Positions 22,122-35,410 of a stretch of DNA of 64,000 nucleotides are shown piece after piece. Below the pieces are notes generated by a model, which searched no databases, was not told the origin of the DNA, and saw nothing but the letters and a program-made list of their open reading frames with translations. The position numbers and the translations under genes were made by a program. Where the stretch lies: the NCBI RefSeq assembly GCF_018350175.1, contig NC_058368.1, forward strand, positions 154,568,001 through 154,632,000, in the 5' to 3' direction. Every line of letters begins with the position of its first letter. Within the stretch, counting starts at the first letter, position 1. The DNA comes from Felis catus (taxonomy: Eukaryota).

Positions 22122-25100
22122 TAGCATTTGCTTGTTGTTTACATCATGTTGAAATTTATCATGAAGCATTTAAATCCTTCCTTAGTTTCCTTCGGTAACT
22201 AAGGGATGGCCTTAGTCTGAGGTGCCATCATTTTGGAAGCTTAAACTACAACTACATATACCTCTTAATGAAGTAAAACATTATTTTCTCTAAGAACTAG
22301 AAAAATTATTTTGAGTCGGCTTTAAAAATAATGACAAATCAGGATATTAAAAGTAGCAGGTCATAAAGCATAAAAATCCTTTCATATTTTTATTATTTGT
22401 AACTTATTCATATATTCTCAAAAGCTGGTTTGAAAGCATGTTTTTGTTTTTTGTTTATAAGGTTTCAAGTGGAACTCAAAGATAGGTTGCTTGCATTGAC
22501 TGACATTCTATCCAGCTCTGTAGAATCTTTTAATACATAGATATAGAAACTCTGTATCACGTATGGGAGAAGAAAACAAATATTCATACCCACATGGTTC
22601 AAGAGATTTATATTCAATACCATGCCTATGGAATAATTCTGTAAAGCTTTTTACATTTCCCAAACTTAGGAGTATTTTTCATTTCTATGAGACTCCTCCC
22701 GTGCCCAGCTGTAGCAAAAGAAAATAGCCTAAGAATTAAAAACTGTTTTTCTCTCACCACTTCCAACCCTTCAAAACCAGGCAAGGTATATAACTCTAAC
22801 AAGAATTCACTGGTAAAATACCATGCTGTGAATCTCTACTCCCCGCCGCCCACCAATCAAGAAATGATTTGACATTAAACTAAGATACAAAGTCTGGTAA
22901 GTCACATTCTTCAGAGCTATGCTGGGAAGCAAAAGGAAGTAAATTCATTCGGGAATGTGGTTCAAAAACACTGCCAACTGCATCTGGTGATCATATGCCA
23001 AATCCCTCTTGTACTGTGAAAACTCACTTCAAGGAGATCATGGTCAGTTGTTTAGAAGTGATGCCTTCCTTTTTACATGTTGTCCTTGGGAATTTACTCT
23101 TAAACCAATCACTTCTATCGACTTCATCCTACTGTTTGCATGCTATAAATAATCTAAAGATACACATTTTACCCTAATTTCTCCAGTTTTTGAAAGCAAC
23201 CAGCATGAAAATTATTTTCAAGTTTCTTCACCTGAATGTAGTTGTAATGTCAGAAAGGGAAAATACAGTGTTGTTGTTGTTGTTGTTTTAATGGCATCTC
23301 ATTTGGTATACATACTGATAACTCATTGTTTATTTCTCCAATTGGGGACTTTAAAAATCAGGATTATGCTTCCTCTCCTTGCTTCTTTTTGTTTCCTAAC
23401 ATTCTTAAGCACCTCTAGAAGGAAACTGGGTCGCTCGTTAGATTTAGTTGAAGAGCCTTAGGGATCCATTTTTCGAGGAAGTCTATTGGGTCTTCCTCAT
23501 CTACCCCTTTAGGCAGTCCAGTAATTTTGACATTCTAGTTCCACGTAGTATCTTCAAACTATTATCCCTCTCTTCTAGCACTGTGTATCTCTCACTTTGA
23601 GCTTTAGCATTAGATGAAGTTGAAGTGTCTGGGAGCATTATTTGATGTTCCCCATTTCTCATTTTAGAGTCAAGATTTACTGCTTGTTAATTTTAATTTA
23701 AAAAAGCAACGCAAATGCATAGCAGAGTAAGAAGTCAGCATACTGTCATAGATCTAGTATGCCATACCTTTTTTCTCTCCAAAGATTCATTGTTTTCTAA
23801 AGAAGTTTCCTTTAATGTGTCTGATAAAGAGGTGTTTCTGTCCTTCCTTGCCATTTATTCTTGCCTCCCCTATTATGGAATAATTCCTGTATCAATTCGT
23901 TTTCTTCATTTTTGGTATTTCTAAAAAAATTTTTATAAAATAAATGCCTGTTCATTCACTTTTAAGCCTTTCAAGTGCCCTAATTCATTATTTCTATTTA
24001 GAGTAGCATTAATGTGCTATAACTGATACAGCCTCTGATTCTCTCTACCTGGTCTCCTCCCTCCATCTCCATTTGCCAGTTTTAGATACATAGTCACAGA
24101 GGTCAAGTTACCCATCCATACAAATCTTTATTACATTTTCTTAAATACATGGTAATGACCTATTTTGACTTATATAAAATTTTTGCCTTAATTAATCCAC
24201 TTCAAAATAAGGTTATTCTACCTGACAATAGAAATGTTCTTTAATTACCTGAACGGAAGTATAGTTCAGATCTTTGAATCACTACGGATTAAAACATCAT
24301 TTCACAGCCAAACAGAAACATGTTCCCAATCACTGAACTTGAATTATTGTTATGTAGCTTGAGGCTTGTATTAAAATCACTGAATAATTGCAATCAGATT
24401 ATTATAATCAAGTACAGGAACAGTAATTACAGGTTACAGTCACTTTAAGCTGCCCTGGAAGTCCTATATTCTGATCATATGCATATTAAAAGTTTATGTT
24501 AGTGATAAAATTAATGAACAGGACTGTAAGCACTTGTCAGGAGGAAAGATGTCACATATCTTACCATATAGGGAGTTATGTTTTCACATCAAGGACAACT
24601 GTGCACCTACATTATCTTGGCTCTCTATTAAGTTAGATCATAGAGAAAATAAATCCAGTTGTCATAATTTAATAATGTTTTTTTCTAATATCAAACTTAA
24701 ATATAAAAAATTCTTATGGCTATTAATATTTGAGTTTCATTCATTTTACTGGTTTAGAAACTTAAGTTTGAATATAGTAAGAAACTGTTGCCCAATGAAC
24801 TATAATCTTACAAATCCTTAGTAGAAGGGTAAGTTAAAAAAACAAAAATTCTTTGAGAGCAAACCAGGAAACCAAAAGGAAAACACACCATCTTTTCAAA
24901 TGATAGGATCTTATGTTGTGGAGACATAAAACCGAAAATTATTTGTTATTTGCCAAAGAACTGTGTTAAAGACAGATATCTATGTTGTGTTAAAGCCCTG
25001 GTTAAAAGACCTACCCTGTTTAAACATTAATAATGTTGTTCTTTTATTCAAGCAATGAATATGGCATAGGAGATATGAATTGTATTTTCATCGTCCAGGT

Positions 25101-25329
25101 CTAAAATTAGAACTTAAAACTGAAAGAAGCCCAGAGCCCTAGGGGCCCAATCACAGAGAAATGGCTCCTGCACATATGTGCCAGCCACTGAATCATTTTA
25201 TTACACTTTCTGATTCACAACAGAAATGGGGACAAAGAATGAACACACAACCACAGAATCTAAGTAGAAAATACATAGCCTGAGACTGGCCAGGCAAGTT
25301 AGAAGGCAAAGATGTAAAAATGTTAAATG

Positions 25330-26255
25330 TGTAGGTGACTGCCAGGGAATTTATTCTGACTCCTTATCCAGATGTATTGCCAAGGTTAACTGTACAACAC
25401 CAAATAAGCATCAATAGGAAATGACATTTTGTGCAGACAAGACAGGCCCACAGACGAGGAGACACATCTTGTGCCAGGTTCACAGACTTTCTACAGCTAC
25501 CATGACAGACAACATAAGCCACATAAAAGGCCAACCAAACACCCAGATGCTATTGCTGGAAAATTACATGCTAGAGCTCAGCATCTGGGTCTCACACTTG
25601 CCAAGTTCACCCCATGGGTGCCCACGGTGCTTGGCTCAGACACCAGGCCAGACAGAAAGGGGGTGGGCACCATGGAACAAGCCAATCACTGCAGTGAACA
25701 AGAAGAAGCTAGAAAGCCAAGTGTATAATAAAATAGCATGAACCTGCCAATATAGTTTCAAATGCATAAAGCCATACTTTAGTGTTCCAAACATAATGCT
25801 GAGGGCATGTTTTCCCTCTTTGGTATAGAGATGATTTAAGAAGCATGAATGGTGGGCCTGTGGTTATACTCCCTTGCCGAGTGAAGGATGTCAGTCATAA
25901 AAGAAATTATAATCACAATTAGACAATGTATTGCAACTACCTTTACCTCTAGTTAAAAATACCTAGGAGGATAGCTAAGCAGAATGAGGAGAGGCATTTG
26001 GTTTAAGAGCCTATATCAATGAGGTAAAAATGCACCAAATCAATATATAAAGCAGCATGTAAAATCCAAGATGGCAACAGGGTAATGAAGTGAGCATTAC
26101 AGCTTCCTCTGGTTTCGCCTCAGGATTCTAAAACCCTATCAATTTATAGTAAACATGCACCTCACTGTACTTCAGGTCCTTAGGGGCCTGTAGCATTATA
26201 GAGATATCCGAGTGTATGAGGAGTAGATTGGGCCCAGGCTTATGAAGCTTGGCAT
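25330..26255 (-). mobile_element. Probable ancient LTR (family not assigned)
   Basis: GC-richer segment with tttatt (minus-strand AATAAA) near the left end, TG...CA-like ends and a ccaagatggc motif. Its ORFs (25421-25741) have no recognisable product. Confidence 0.35.
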
Positions 26256-26804
26256 GTTGAGTTTAATTAATAGTCAAAGAAAACAATTAAGTGAGTATTT
26301 TTCTAGCCAGTGTAGTTTTCATTATATGTTGTTTGTTTTCTTTATCAGATTTAACGATTTTATAGCATCAGGAATATCTCAGGAATATTTTATACACCTT
26401 TATTTTCAGAGAAGTTTTGTCCAAAAAGCATATCCTGACACATTAACAGGTTAGTCAATGAAATAGGGCATAATGTCATTATATTGTTTTAATGTATGTT
26501 TTCCAATATCCTTTTTCTAACAAACTAAGCTACCATTTAAAAATACTAATACATGAGAAATAATAACCTAAACAAAACGGGAATTTTTGCATATGGTTCA
26601 CATGTGATCTTTTGACAATGTTTCTAAATTATGTGGCTCTCCAAATCACTTCTATTTATTTTCATCCATTACATTTTAAGTGATGGCTTTTAAACACATG
26701 GTCTCCAATTGAAAATTTTTTCAATAATTTATATGTGTATGTGTAAGCAGGAGTGAAACCTAAGCATATGTTTTAAGGAACAAATGCTAATCTAGCCTAC
26801 TTTA

Positions 26805-27251
26805 TAGGTTTATCTCGTCTCATCACACTTTATTGGGCTTCACAGATACTGGGGCCACCTTGCCCCAAGCAATTCTATTAGCATCATTTTCCCAACAGCA
26901 TTTGTTCACTTCATGTGACACTCTGTGTCACATTTTGGTAATTCTTGATATCAAACTTTTTTATTATTCATGTACTTGTTATGGTGATCTGTGGTCTGTG
27001 ATGACCACTTCCATAAAGCTCAGATTTTTTTTTTAGCAATAAAATATTTCTTAATTAAGGTGTATATATATATATATGTATATATATATACATATATATA
27101 CATATATATATATTTAGACATAATGCTATTACACATCTAATAGACCTCAGTATAGCATAACGTAAATTTCATACGCACTAGAAAAAATCAAAGAATTCAT
27201 TTGATTCATTTTATTGCAGTGGTTTCGAACAACGTCTCTGAGGGATGCCTG
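26805..27251 (+). mobile_element. Tigger1 internal-deletion derivative (Tigger1a-like, TcMar)
   Basis: Left end taggtttatctcgtc...tttattgggcttcacagata and right end ttttattgcagtggtttcgaac...tctctgagggatgcctg match Tigger1 TIR regions; 5' TA target; (TA)n expansion at 27063-27113. Confidence 0.85.
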
Positions 27252-27507
27252 TTTTCGGTAGTTATTTTTCCATAATACCAGTATTCTAACTTAAATAACA
27301 ATATTGACCAAACCGCTCTTATGTGAAGCCACAGCTCTTCAAGTACTCGGTAATTGCCAGCTTTGGCCAATTGTACTCTACAAGGGAAGGGATTTTGTAT
27401 TTTGTATTTAGTCTTTTTAAAAAAGACTAAATGATTATGTGACTCTTTTAAGTATAAACACATCTTTGGTGTGTGTAATTACCTATTCAAAATGTGTTCC
27501 CCAAGAG

Positions 27508-28166
27508 CAACAGTTCTCAAATGTTTTGCTACTCAGACTCATTAATATTCTTAAATATGGAGATTGGCAAAGAGCTTCTGTTAAGGTAGTATTCATCTAT
27601 TGATGGTAATTGTATTAGAAATTAAAATAATATACTTATTATTAGTTTTATTTTTATTTTAGAGAGAGAGCACGCATGAATGGGGGAGAGGGACAGAGGG
27701 ATCAGGGAAGAGAGAGAATCTTAAGCAGGCTGCATGCCCAGCATGGATCCTGATGTAGGGTTCGATCTCACGACTTCGAGATCATGACCTGAGCCAAAAT
27801 CAACAGTCAGACACTAAACCAAATAAGCCACCCAGGTACCCTGAGAGATTTTGATTATTTCTAAATAAAATCAAAATTTAAGAATTTTTTTTTTTTACAG
27901 AAATGCTATTTTTCAAAACAAATAGCAAGCAAAGTGACATCCCTTTACATTTTCACCTTTTTTTAAAAAAATCAGGCTTATAAAACACAGACTCTTGTAT
28001 CTGCTTTAGCATTCTATCTGTTGCCTTGGTTACTTTAAATATAGGATATGGGGAGAAAATCCGGCCCCACAAAGATATACAGTTGGGAAACAAAGGACTT
28101 TGTTAGCCCCCTGAAATAGTCTGACAGACCTTCACAGTTTCTTAAGCCACACTTGGACAATCACTG
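27508..28166 (+). mobile_element. Charlie1b-like hAT element, split by a CanSINE
   Basis: caacagttctcaa...caaagagcttctgtt...gtattagaaattaaaa; tatctgctttagcattctatctgttg; gaaaatccggccccacaaagatatacagttgg; end ccacacttggacaatcactg. Confidence 0.8.
27636..27841 (-). mobile_element. CanSINE nested in Charlie1b
   Basis: T-tail, (GA)n, gagatcatgacctgagcc...gccacccaggtaccc. Confidence 0.93.
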
Positions 28167-28679
28167 CCCTGGACAATTTACACTCGAGTCTTACCAAAAC
28201 TTGTTGACCAATATTGCACTCTGTATTAATGAAATTAAAACTCCTAAATCAGAAAGTTAAAAAAAAATACAAGTTCAAATAAACTAACATAATCTTATGT
28301 CTGTAATGATAAATGAGTACTATAACACTCTGAGATGCCTTTAGAGCTTTATGTAAATAGATATAAAAATAGTTTGTGTTAAGAGGCAGCTACTGTAGGT
28401 CTTTGGAGATCCAACCATGAACTTCACCTTCTTTAGTGATTTAATGGGTTTGTTTTTGTTTTGTAGCTATCTTTCAGATTATTCGTGGGAAAATTCCCTT
28501 TTAAATCTTAGCCATGTCAAGATTTTGCATTTAAGTGATGGCATCTTTTTTTTTCTGTTCAGAAAACTAAGTAGTCTGTGATTGCTTTCGGCATAAATAC
28601 TTACTTTTAAATTTTTTCTATAGGCCCTAATTATATGTGTATTTTCTCATATATAAATATGGTACCCAAGACCAATTTT

Positions 28680-28790
28680 ATAATCCATTATGTGTCTGTG
28701 TGCCAGACACTATCACAGGATCTGGAATAAAATAAGGGAGACAAGGTACCAGGCTTTATGAATATTACATTCTAGCAGAAAAAAACAGAT
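28680..28790 (-). mobile_element. L2 3' fragment
   Basis: tgtgtgccagacactat...agacaaggtaccaggctttatgaatattacattctag. Confidence 0.55.
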
Positions 28791-28829
28791 TAAAAATTAT
28801 TCAATAATAAATAATAAAATGTCACCAAA

Positions 28830-29570
28830 GTTAAATACCATTTTACACTCATTTGTTTGGCAAATATTAAGAAGTTTTATGATACTATTAGAGATGATGT
28901 GGGTTGAGAGAATATTTTAAATATGCCTGATAGGAATGCAAATTGAAGGACTTTTTGCCTTGTTAAGTTGAACATAACCTAGGACTCAGTTATTCTATTC
29001 CTAAATACTTACTGAAGAGAAACTCTAATATGTTTGCTCAGGAGATATACACAGAAATGTGTGCAATAATATTGTTAATAGCAGAGGATTAGACACTACT
29101 TTAGACAGGAAAAGAGGAAAAATAATGGTGTATTTATCCTCTAAAATATTACAGTGTAGTGAACAACCGATATCTGCAATATGGTTAGACTATACTTGAG
29201 TGAAGTTGAGTGAAGAAATGGGCCACAGAGGATTACATTCAGTCTAAAAACCTTTTATTAAATTCAAAAATTTTATTAAAGCCATTGTTCAGGCATGTAA
29301 GGTGTGTGTATGTGTGTTTTTAGGCAACAAAATGATAAATGCAGAATTCAGGATAATGGCTAGCTGCCTCTGAAGAAGGTGAGGGATGGATAGAAAAAGA
29401 ACACATTATTGAAACTTGTTTGTAATGTTTTATATCTGGTGTTCAGGGGTTCTGGATTTAGATCCTGAGTCAATGGCTAACTGAATAGGACCATACAGAG
29501 ATCAAAGATGGATGGTAGTGTGTTAAAAAATGAGGATTGGGGTTAATCCAGTTCTGTGCTCCTGAGAGTG
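28830..29570 (+). mobile_element. Old L1ME ORF2 end/3' UTR
   Basis: ataccattttacactcatt...ggactcagttattctattcctaaatac...gagaaactct...caggagatatacacagaaatgt...agaattcaggataatggct. Confidence 0.7.
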
Positions 29571-30794
29571 AAGGTATTCTTTTTTATTATATACATACAT
29601 GTGAATATCTGTATACCTAAACATACATGAAATTTACACAGAGACAGCTCTGTCATGGATCACTATTCTCATGTTACTGAATAAACACCATTATGCTGAG
29701 CTAATGCTGCCGTATCTACTGGCACAGTATGATGAAGTGAAAATTATGAACTTAGCAGTCAGACAAGTGTGGAGCTAAGGTGAGTTCTATTACATGTTAG
29801 ATTGGATAGCCATGACCACAAGTTTACTGGATTATGTTTTTGTGCAAACATATCCTCTTACGATCTTTATAGTTAACAATTCTGAAAAACCATGCCTCTT
29901 CTAAGGGTGTTTTTGAGGCTGTTGTTAAATCTCAGAGTATTTCTCCATGCAGGGAGAAAATTTCAAATGATTTTAAGAAATTGTTTTACATTGCCACACT
30001 TTGGGCGATACTTATAGCAAATATATCAACTATCATTGTTTTGGTTTTTTGGTTTTTCGTTTTTTTACATCACAACCATTTTTCCATCCTATCTATTTAC
30101 ATTTCTCTCTCTTTAATTCTACTTCTGTGGCATTCTATTTTACTACACCCTGTTAAATCAACCTAATTTCTTGATCCTAAAAATAGAAGTACTTGGAAAA
30201 TTTCTAGTAATTTTATTGGCTTTACCTGTATAGTATAAAGCTCCTTTCCCCCTTCCCCCACCCGACTATTGTGCTCAAGAGACTCTTATTTCGTAGGTGT
30301 TCATGTGTATGTATGTGTGTGGGGGCGCCCCTCCAAGAGGTGTGACTCAACCAATCAATTAAGGGAACTGAAAATAGGCTCAACAAAGGCTCAGTGTGAT
30401 GTGAAAATTTATCATTTGTCTAGGAGTATATTTGTTCAATATAGACTGTCAATCTGTATAGAAAGTAGAGAAAATTAACTGTAAATAAAACTTTAGCTAA
30501 TATAAACTGAGAGGCAGGTGTAGTTATTGTCAGCACTAAGAAACTAGTGTATTCCACAAAATCTCTTGTCAGAAAGGCTTAGAAGTTCCAACTGTTTTCC
30601 CTAGACATAGGTAATAGACTTTTCAGAGAGAATAAAGTTTTTCATTAAATTTGCAATTAATAATCCTATTTACACTCGTTTTCTGAAACTATAAAGTAAT
30701 TTTTCTTGAACCCTGCCAGAAAACACATTCTCAATCTCCGGGTTTTCTTTAAAAAATGATAATGACAATACTTTACATTTTAAGAACACCATTA

Positions 30795-31300
30795 TTTTCC
30801 TTTTTAATGCTTTCTTCCATAGAGCTCAAAGCATTGCAAAGTGCTCTTAAAAAAGTTATATTCATGTTTCCCTTCCTTTGATCCCTATGATGAAATGCAA
30901 CCACTTCTATGGTGAAATACAGCCACTGCTTATGACAGTGAATAACAATTCCATACAATTCACAAGAAATAACATACCCAATTAAAACTGTAAAGGGGTC
31001 TTAGAAATACAGACTTTAATTAGCGAAGCTGGAATGTAGCCAAGCAAAAAAAAGTACCATGAAAAGTGGTCATGACCTCATTTTAACACTCTGTCTTATT
31101 CAGAGGACCACATCTAGAGTAGCCCATTGCAGCAGGCTGACTTGGGGCACTGATTGATTCAGCACTGAATAAATGGGAACAATGTCACATACTTAATCAT
31201 CATCGGCATTTATCAAAGCAGTCAAAGATTTTCCTTGGTGAAACTTCTCCATCAGTTAACGACCCTGTGCATGTCCATTCATGACTCATCGAACAACATC
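30795..31300 (-). mobile_element. AmnSINE1 (5S rRNA-derived head, Deu domain, L2-type tail), near full length
   Basis: Colinear blocks matching the recalled AmnSINE1 reverse complement: gagctcaaagcattgcaaa (tail); tgaaatgcaaccacttctatggtgaaatacagccactgct; cccaattaaaactgtaaaggggtcttag...taattagcgaagctggaatgtagcca; aaaagtaccatg; aagtggtcatgacctcattttaac; tggggcactgattgattcagcactga...atgtcacatacttaatca; ttttccttggtg...ctccatc...gaccctg (5S-like head). Confidence 0.8.
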
Positions 31301-32142
31301 AGGTTTACTTCCCTTTTCATACCTCTTTTTTGCTACGTGTTATCAGGTACAAAAAAAAAAAAAAACTCAGAAATTTTTATAAATACTCAACAGTCAATGG
31401 CCAAAATAATTTCAATGTAAACATACCGTGTTCAAAGACAACCATCTTGAACTCTGAAAATAAAAAAAAAATAACTCAGAAAATAAGAATTTCTGACATT
31501 CCAGAAATGTCAGGACTAAGTATCACTAGTTCCTCAATCTAGTTATCCAGACCCATTAATTTCACGCACACAGAAGGTGGAGTAGCAATTGATAAAAAAT
31601 TAAAAGAAAAATTAAGGCAAGATAAGCCTCTTGTTGCACCAATTCTTGTAAACCTAACTCAGTGAAAATATTATCTGATTTTAGAGAGTTCCCCAAGTTC
31701 CCTTTTCCAAATTAGAAGTATATATTGATATCTTGTATATACATACCATTCTGTATTTTTGGATATTTAAACATAGGTTTTATTCCACTTTTCTTCTAGG
31801 AATTGCTGTGAAAAAACTAGTTTTCATTTGATTGTTTCTTACATGTTTCCATGACCAGGAACTTCAGGATATGATTATATTCTTCATTTCCAATTACCCA
31901 CTTCTCTATCAGCTTTATCCCCACCAATTAACTCTATATTTCTTTATTCAGCAATGCTTTCCTACCATGGTGAACGAATGGGCTGGTGATATCAACGGTT
32001 GACATTCATCTCCATGAACTTAAATATTTGACATTAAAAGTACCCACACCACAGCCACTAGAGCTTTCATTTATGTACAAGTGGCCACGATGTTTGAAAG
32101 CACTGTAGCTTTCAAAAACCCGAACCGCTATATAAATATTAG

Positions 32143-32293
32143 TTTTTAAGTTTGTTTTTGAGACAGAGAGACAGAGAGAATATGAATCCCAAGCAGTCTC
32201 CATGCTAATGGCACAGAGCCCGATGTGGGACTCAAGCTCAAGAACCATGAGATTGTGACCTGAGCAAAACGGATTGAGCCACCCAGGCATTCC
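32143..32293 (-). mobile_element. CanSINE with internal deletion
   Basis: gagattgtgacctgagcaaaac joins directly to ggattgagccacccaggca, so ~20 nt are missing. Confidence 0.9.
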
Positions 32294-32582
32294 AAATGAC
32301 TACTAAAAAGGTATTTTTTCCGCTTCCTCCCAATATTCCTTTCCTGGTCTAGTAACAGCCTGGGCTCAGGAGGTTACAGTCTGTATACTGTACTCCCATC
32401 AAGGATTTACCATGTGACACAGGCTTGACTGATCATCTTTCTCCAGGGCAGCTATTTCTTTAGATGAGAAACTAGAAGACTGGAAAATCACAGAATCGGC
32501 CTCTGTTTGCTCAAGCCAGTAGATACTTCTTGACGGTCATTTGAACTGTTCTATTACGTAAAGCGAAGAATACAGCCCCACA

Positions 32583-32801
32583 GGGGCGCCTGGGTGGCTC
32601 AGTCGGTTGAGCGTCCGGCTTCGGCTCAGGTCACGATCTAACAGTTCGTGGGTTCGAGCCCCGCGTCAGGCTCTGTGCTGAACACTTGCTGGGAGCCTGG
32701 GACCTGTTTCGGATTCTGTGTCTCTCGCTCTCTCTGCCCCTCCCCCACTCATGCTTTGTCTCACTCTGCTTCTCAAAAATAAATAAAAGTAAAAAAAAAA
32801 A
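32583..32801 (+). mobile_element. CanSINE, CpG-rich variant
   Basis: Full length; TSD aatacagccccaca (32569-32582) / aatacagacccaca (32802-32815). Confidence 0.97.
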
Positions 32802-32824
32802 AATACAGACCCACATATTAGTTT

Positions 32825-33310
32825 TCTGTTTACTAGGGATGGACACCGTGCTAGAATTGGGGATCTGGAGCTGTGCAGCTATGCTGTGCAAAACAGGTAT
32901 CATCCCTACCCTAACTTAGGTTAACACACTCACAAGGGAGGTAGAGGATCAACAAATAAATAAAACAGGGGCGCCTGGGTGGCTCAGTTAGTCAAGCGTC
33001 CGACTTAGGCTCAGGTCATGATCTCATGGTCTGTGAGTTCAAGCCCCGCGTCGGCTCTGTGCGGACAGCTCACAGCCTGGAGCCTGTTTCAGATTCTGTG
33101 TCTCCCTCTCTCTCTGCCCCTCCCCTGTTCATGCTCTGTCTCTGTCTCAAAATAAATAAATGTTAAAAAATTAGTAAAAAAAAAAAAAAACAATAAAACA
33201 AACAGAAAACGATTAGGTAGGACATGTTACAAAAAAAAATTAATGTGGTCCTGAGATAGAAAAAAATGGTCAGGGAACTTCTCACGAACAAGGTGTCAGA
33301 TCTAACACGT
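32825..33310 (-). mobile_element. L2 relic, split by a CanSINE
   Basis: ggacaccgtgctagaattggggat...aaaacaggtatcatccctaccc...; resumes after the SINE with tggtcagggaacttctcacgaacaaggtgtca. Confidence 0.5.
32968..33190 (+). mobile_element. CanSINE (SINEC_Fc-type)
   Basis: Full length; TSD aataaaaca at 32959-32967 and 33192-33200. Confidence 0.97.
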
Positions 33311-33412
33311 TACACAAAGTACCTTGAAAAATACAGTTTTCATTCAGATTTTTGTCAAGTGCAGTTTTAGTCTTTTAAAGTTATTTTTCTGATTTGTAAC
33401 AATGATACCACC

Positions 33413-33600
33413 AATAATAACAATGGCTGCTACTTTGTGCTGGTCATCACTGGGTGAATCTCCTTTTATCCTCTGTAATCTTCACGATTCTATCAAGTTA
33501 AACTCATCATTACCACAGTTTTATAAGATGAGGAAAGAGAAGCACACAGATGTTGAGTATTTGTAATCATAACAGAGTCTGATCCCAGAGTGTGGGTTCT
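33413..33600 (-). mobile_element. MIR
   Basis: taatcttcacgattctat...cagttttataagatgaggaaagagaagcacacagatgttgagtatttg (core, reverse orientation). Confidence 0.7.
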
Positions 33601-35259
33601 TCCCCAGTATCAAGAGTAAACCATACTTGCTGCTAAATTTCAAATATGATAGGTACATATTATGTAGAAAGAGAAAAAATCCCTTCTCTCTTAGTATCAT
33701 TTTTTTTTCCCCATTGAGGTAAGTATTTTTAAGCTTCTGGTAAATGGATTATTGCCCCGTACATGCGAAATCATGCTCTCTAATGGTCTATGACCCTACA
33801 CATATCATATATTCATACACGTGCTTGTAATTTACTTTCTCTCAAAGGTAGTATTTGAGATATATAATTACTATGTTTTAAAAATAAGTGTTATCCCACT
33901 TGAATGCTTCTCCCTTCAACTTGTACAGAATTGTATACGGTCTGACAATTCTTTCTTTCTAATAAAGTCTTATGCACATTAATTCTTAGAGTCTTAGAAT
34001 TTCTCTACAACCCAACTTCCTCCTAAATAATCCCTTCCCAGCCAACTTTCACCTCCTGATGCCAATGAAGTAGCAAGTTTATCTAAAAGCAACAACGTTT
34101 TGGAATTTAAGTGAACCTTTTCAACTAGAAATACTATCCCCTCCCTTTATTCCCAGTCTTCCTGGTTTCTCAATTGTCACATGGATAAAAAGTACATCTA
34201 CCCCTTGCAAGCTCTTAGGTTTCATGAATTAAAAGAAAGTAAACAGAAACCATAACTATTTACAGAATTATTGCTGCTTGCCACCCACACACATGGGGCC
34301 CTGGAAACTCAATGGTGAATAATGTTAGTGGGGTTTCAGGCCTCAGAAAACTAAATATGAAGACAGAAAACAACATCATTTTCTCACAGTGTGTGTTGTT
34401 TTTCCTGTTCTAATTATCAGAATCACTGGAAAAGGAAGTCAAGAAGAGTGTTGCTTATCTTTTCATGAATGGGTCCAAAGCTACTGGCAAATATGTTTAA
34501 ACAATGAATGAGGAAAATCAGTTTTCCTTAGCTACACTTAAATCTAATGATTCTTTCCTGAGTTAGTAAGGAGTTTGATTTGGGAGAAACAGTGTTTTGG
34601 CTTGGGTGTCCAAAACAAATGTTCTTGGAAGCTTGCTGGACTGGATGTCATTAAGTGCAAAAGTCTATTGCAAAACTCTCAAGGTTACAATTAAGTCAAG
34701 GCAGAGCCTTGGACTGCCAGGAAGAGGGACAATTCACAGAGGGCTTTGAGATGAGCATATTGTGCCGACCACAGCTGAATTCTTCAATATTGCTTTTCTC
34801 ACAATCTCAAATTATTATAGGCTTCAAGATTTTATTTATTACTTAGGTTGTAAGATGCAGCCTTTAAGATAGAAAAAAAAAAAATCTTTTGTCAGTCATC
34901 ACTTTCTTCACTCTTACTGTGACTATTTGAAATTGCTACAGGTCTGAGGTCTCTTCTCAGGTTATTTTTTCCTCATGAACTTTCTAGAACCACTTATTTC
35001 ATTTTTTTAAAGCCAACATAGCAAGGAACCCATCACTTCCTATCTATATTGTCACATGCAGCATCCTCGACAAAGCCACCACAAATCAAGTAAGTACCTC
35101 CACAAATGTAACAATGGTTTCAGAGGCATCTTATAGTACTTCAGTGTTTCAGGATAGGAGCTCGTTTTTCCAATTGGTCCTGACCTTACAATCTCAATAT
35201 TTGTGTAACTCTTTTACTGCTTTGTTAAACCCTTACTAGGCAAGACTACATATATTGTC

Positions 35260-35410
35260 TCCTTTCAGCCTCAGAGCAAGCAGGTCTTCTTTTCATAGGT
35301 GAGAAAACAAAATTTTAGCAAGAGGACCTTAGCTATAAGTATATATAATTATCAAATGGAGCAGCAGCATTTGAGCCCAGAAAATCCTGAGGCCATATGT
35401 CAACCAATGT
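35260..35410 (-). mobile_element. MIR fragment
   Basis: ttttcataggtgagaaaaca...aaatggagcagcagcatttgagcccag. Confidence 0.5.

Noticed and set aside
25421..25741. Two overlapping ~100-aa ORFs
   Set aside because: No recognisable domain or splice signals; they lie in a probable LTR relic.
31190..31290. Possible 5S rRNA gene/pseudogene or exon
   Set aside because: Better explained as the decayed 5S-derived head of the AmnSINE1; frames contain stops.
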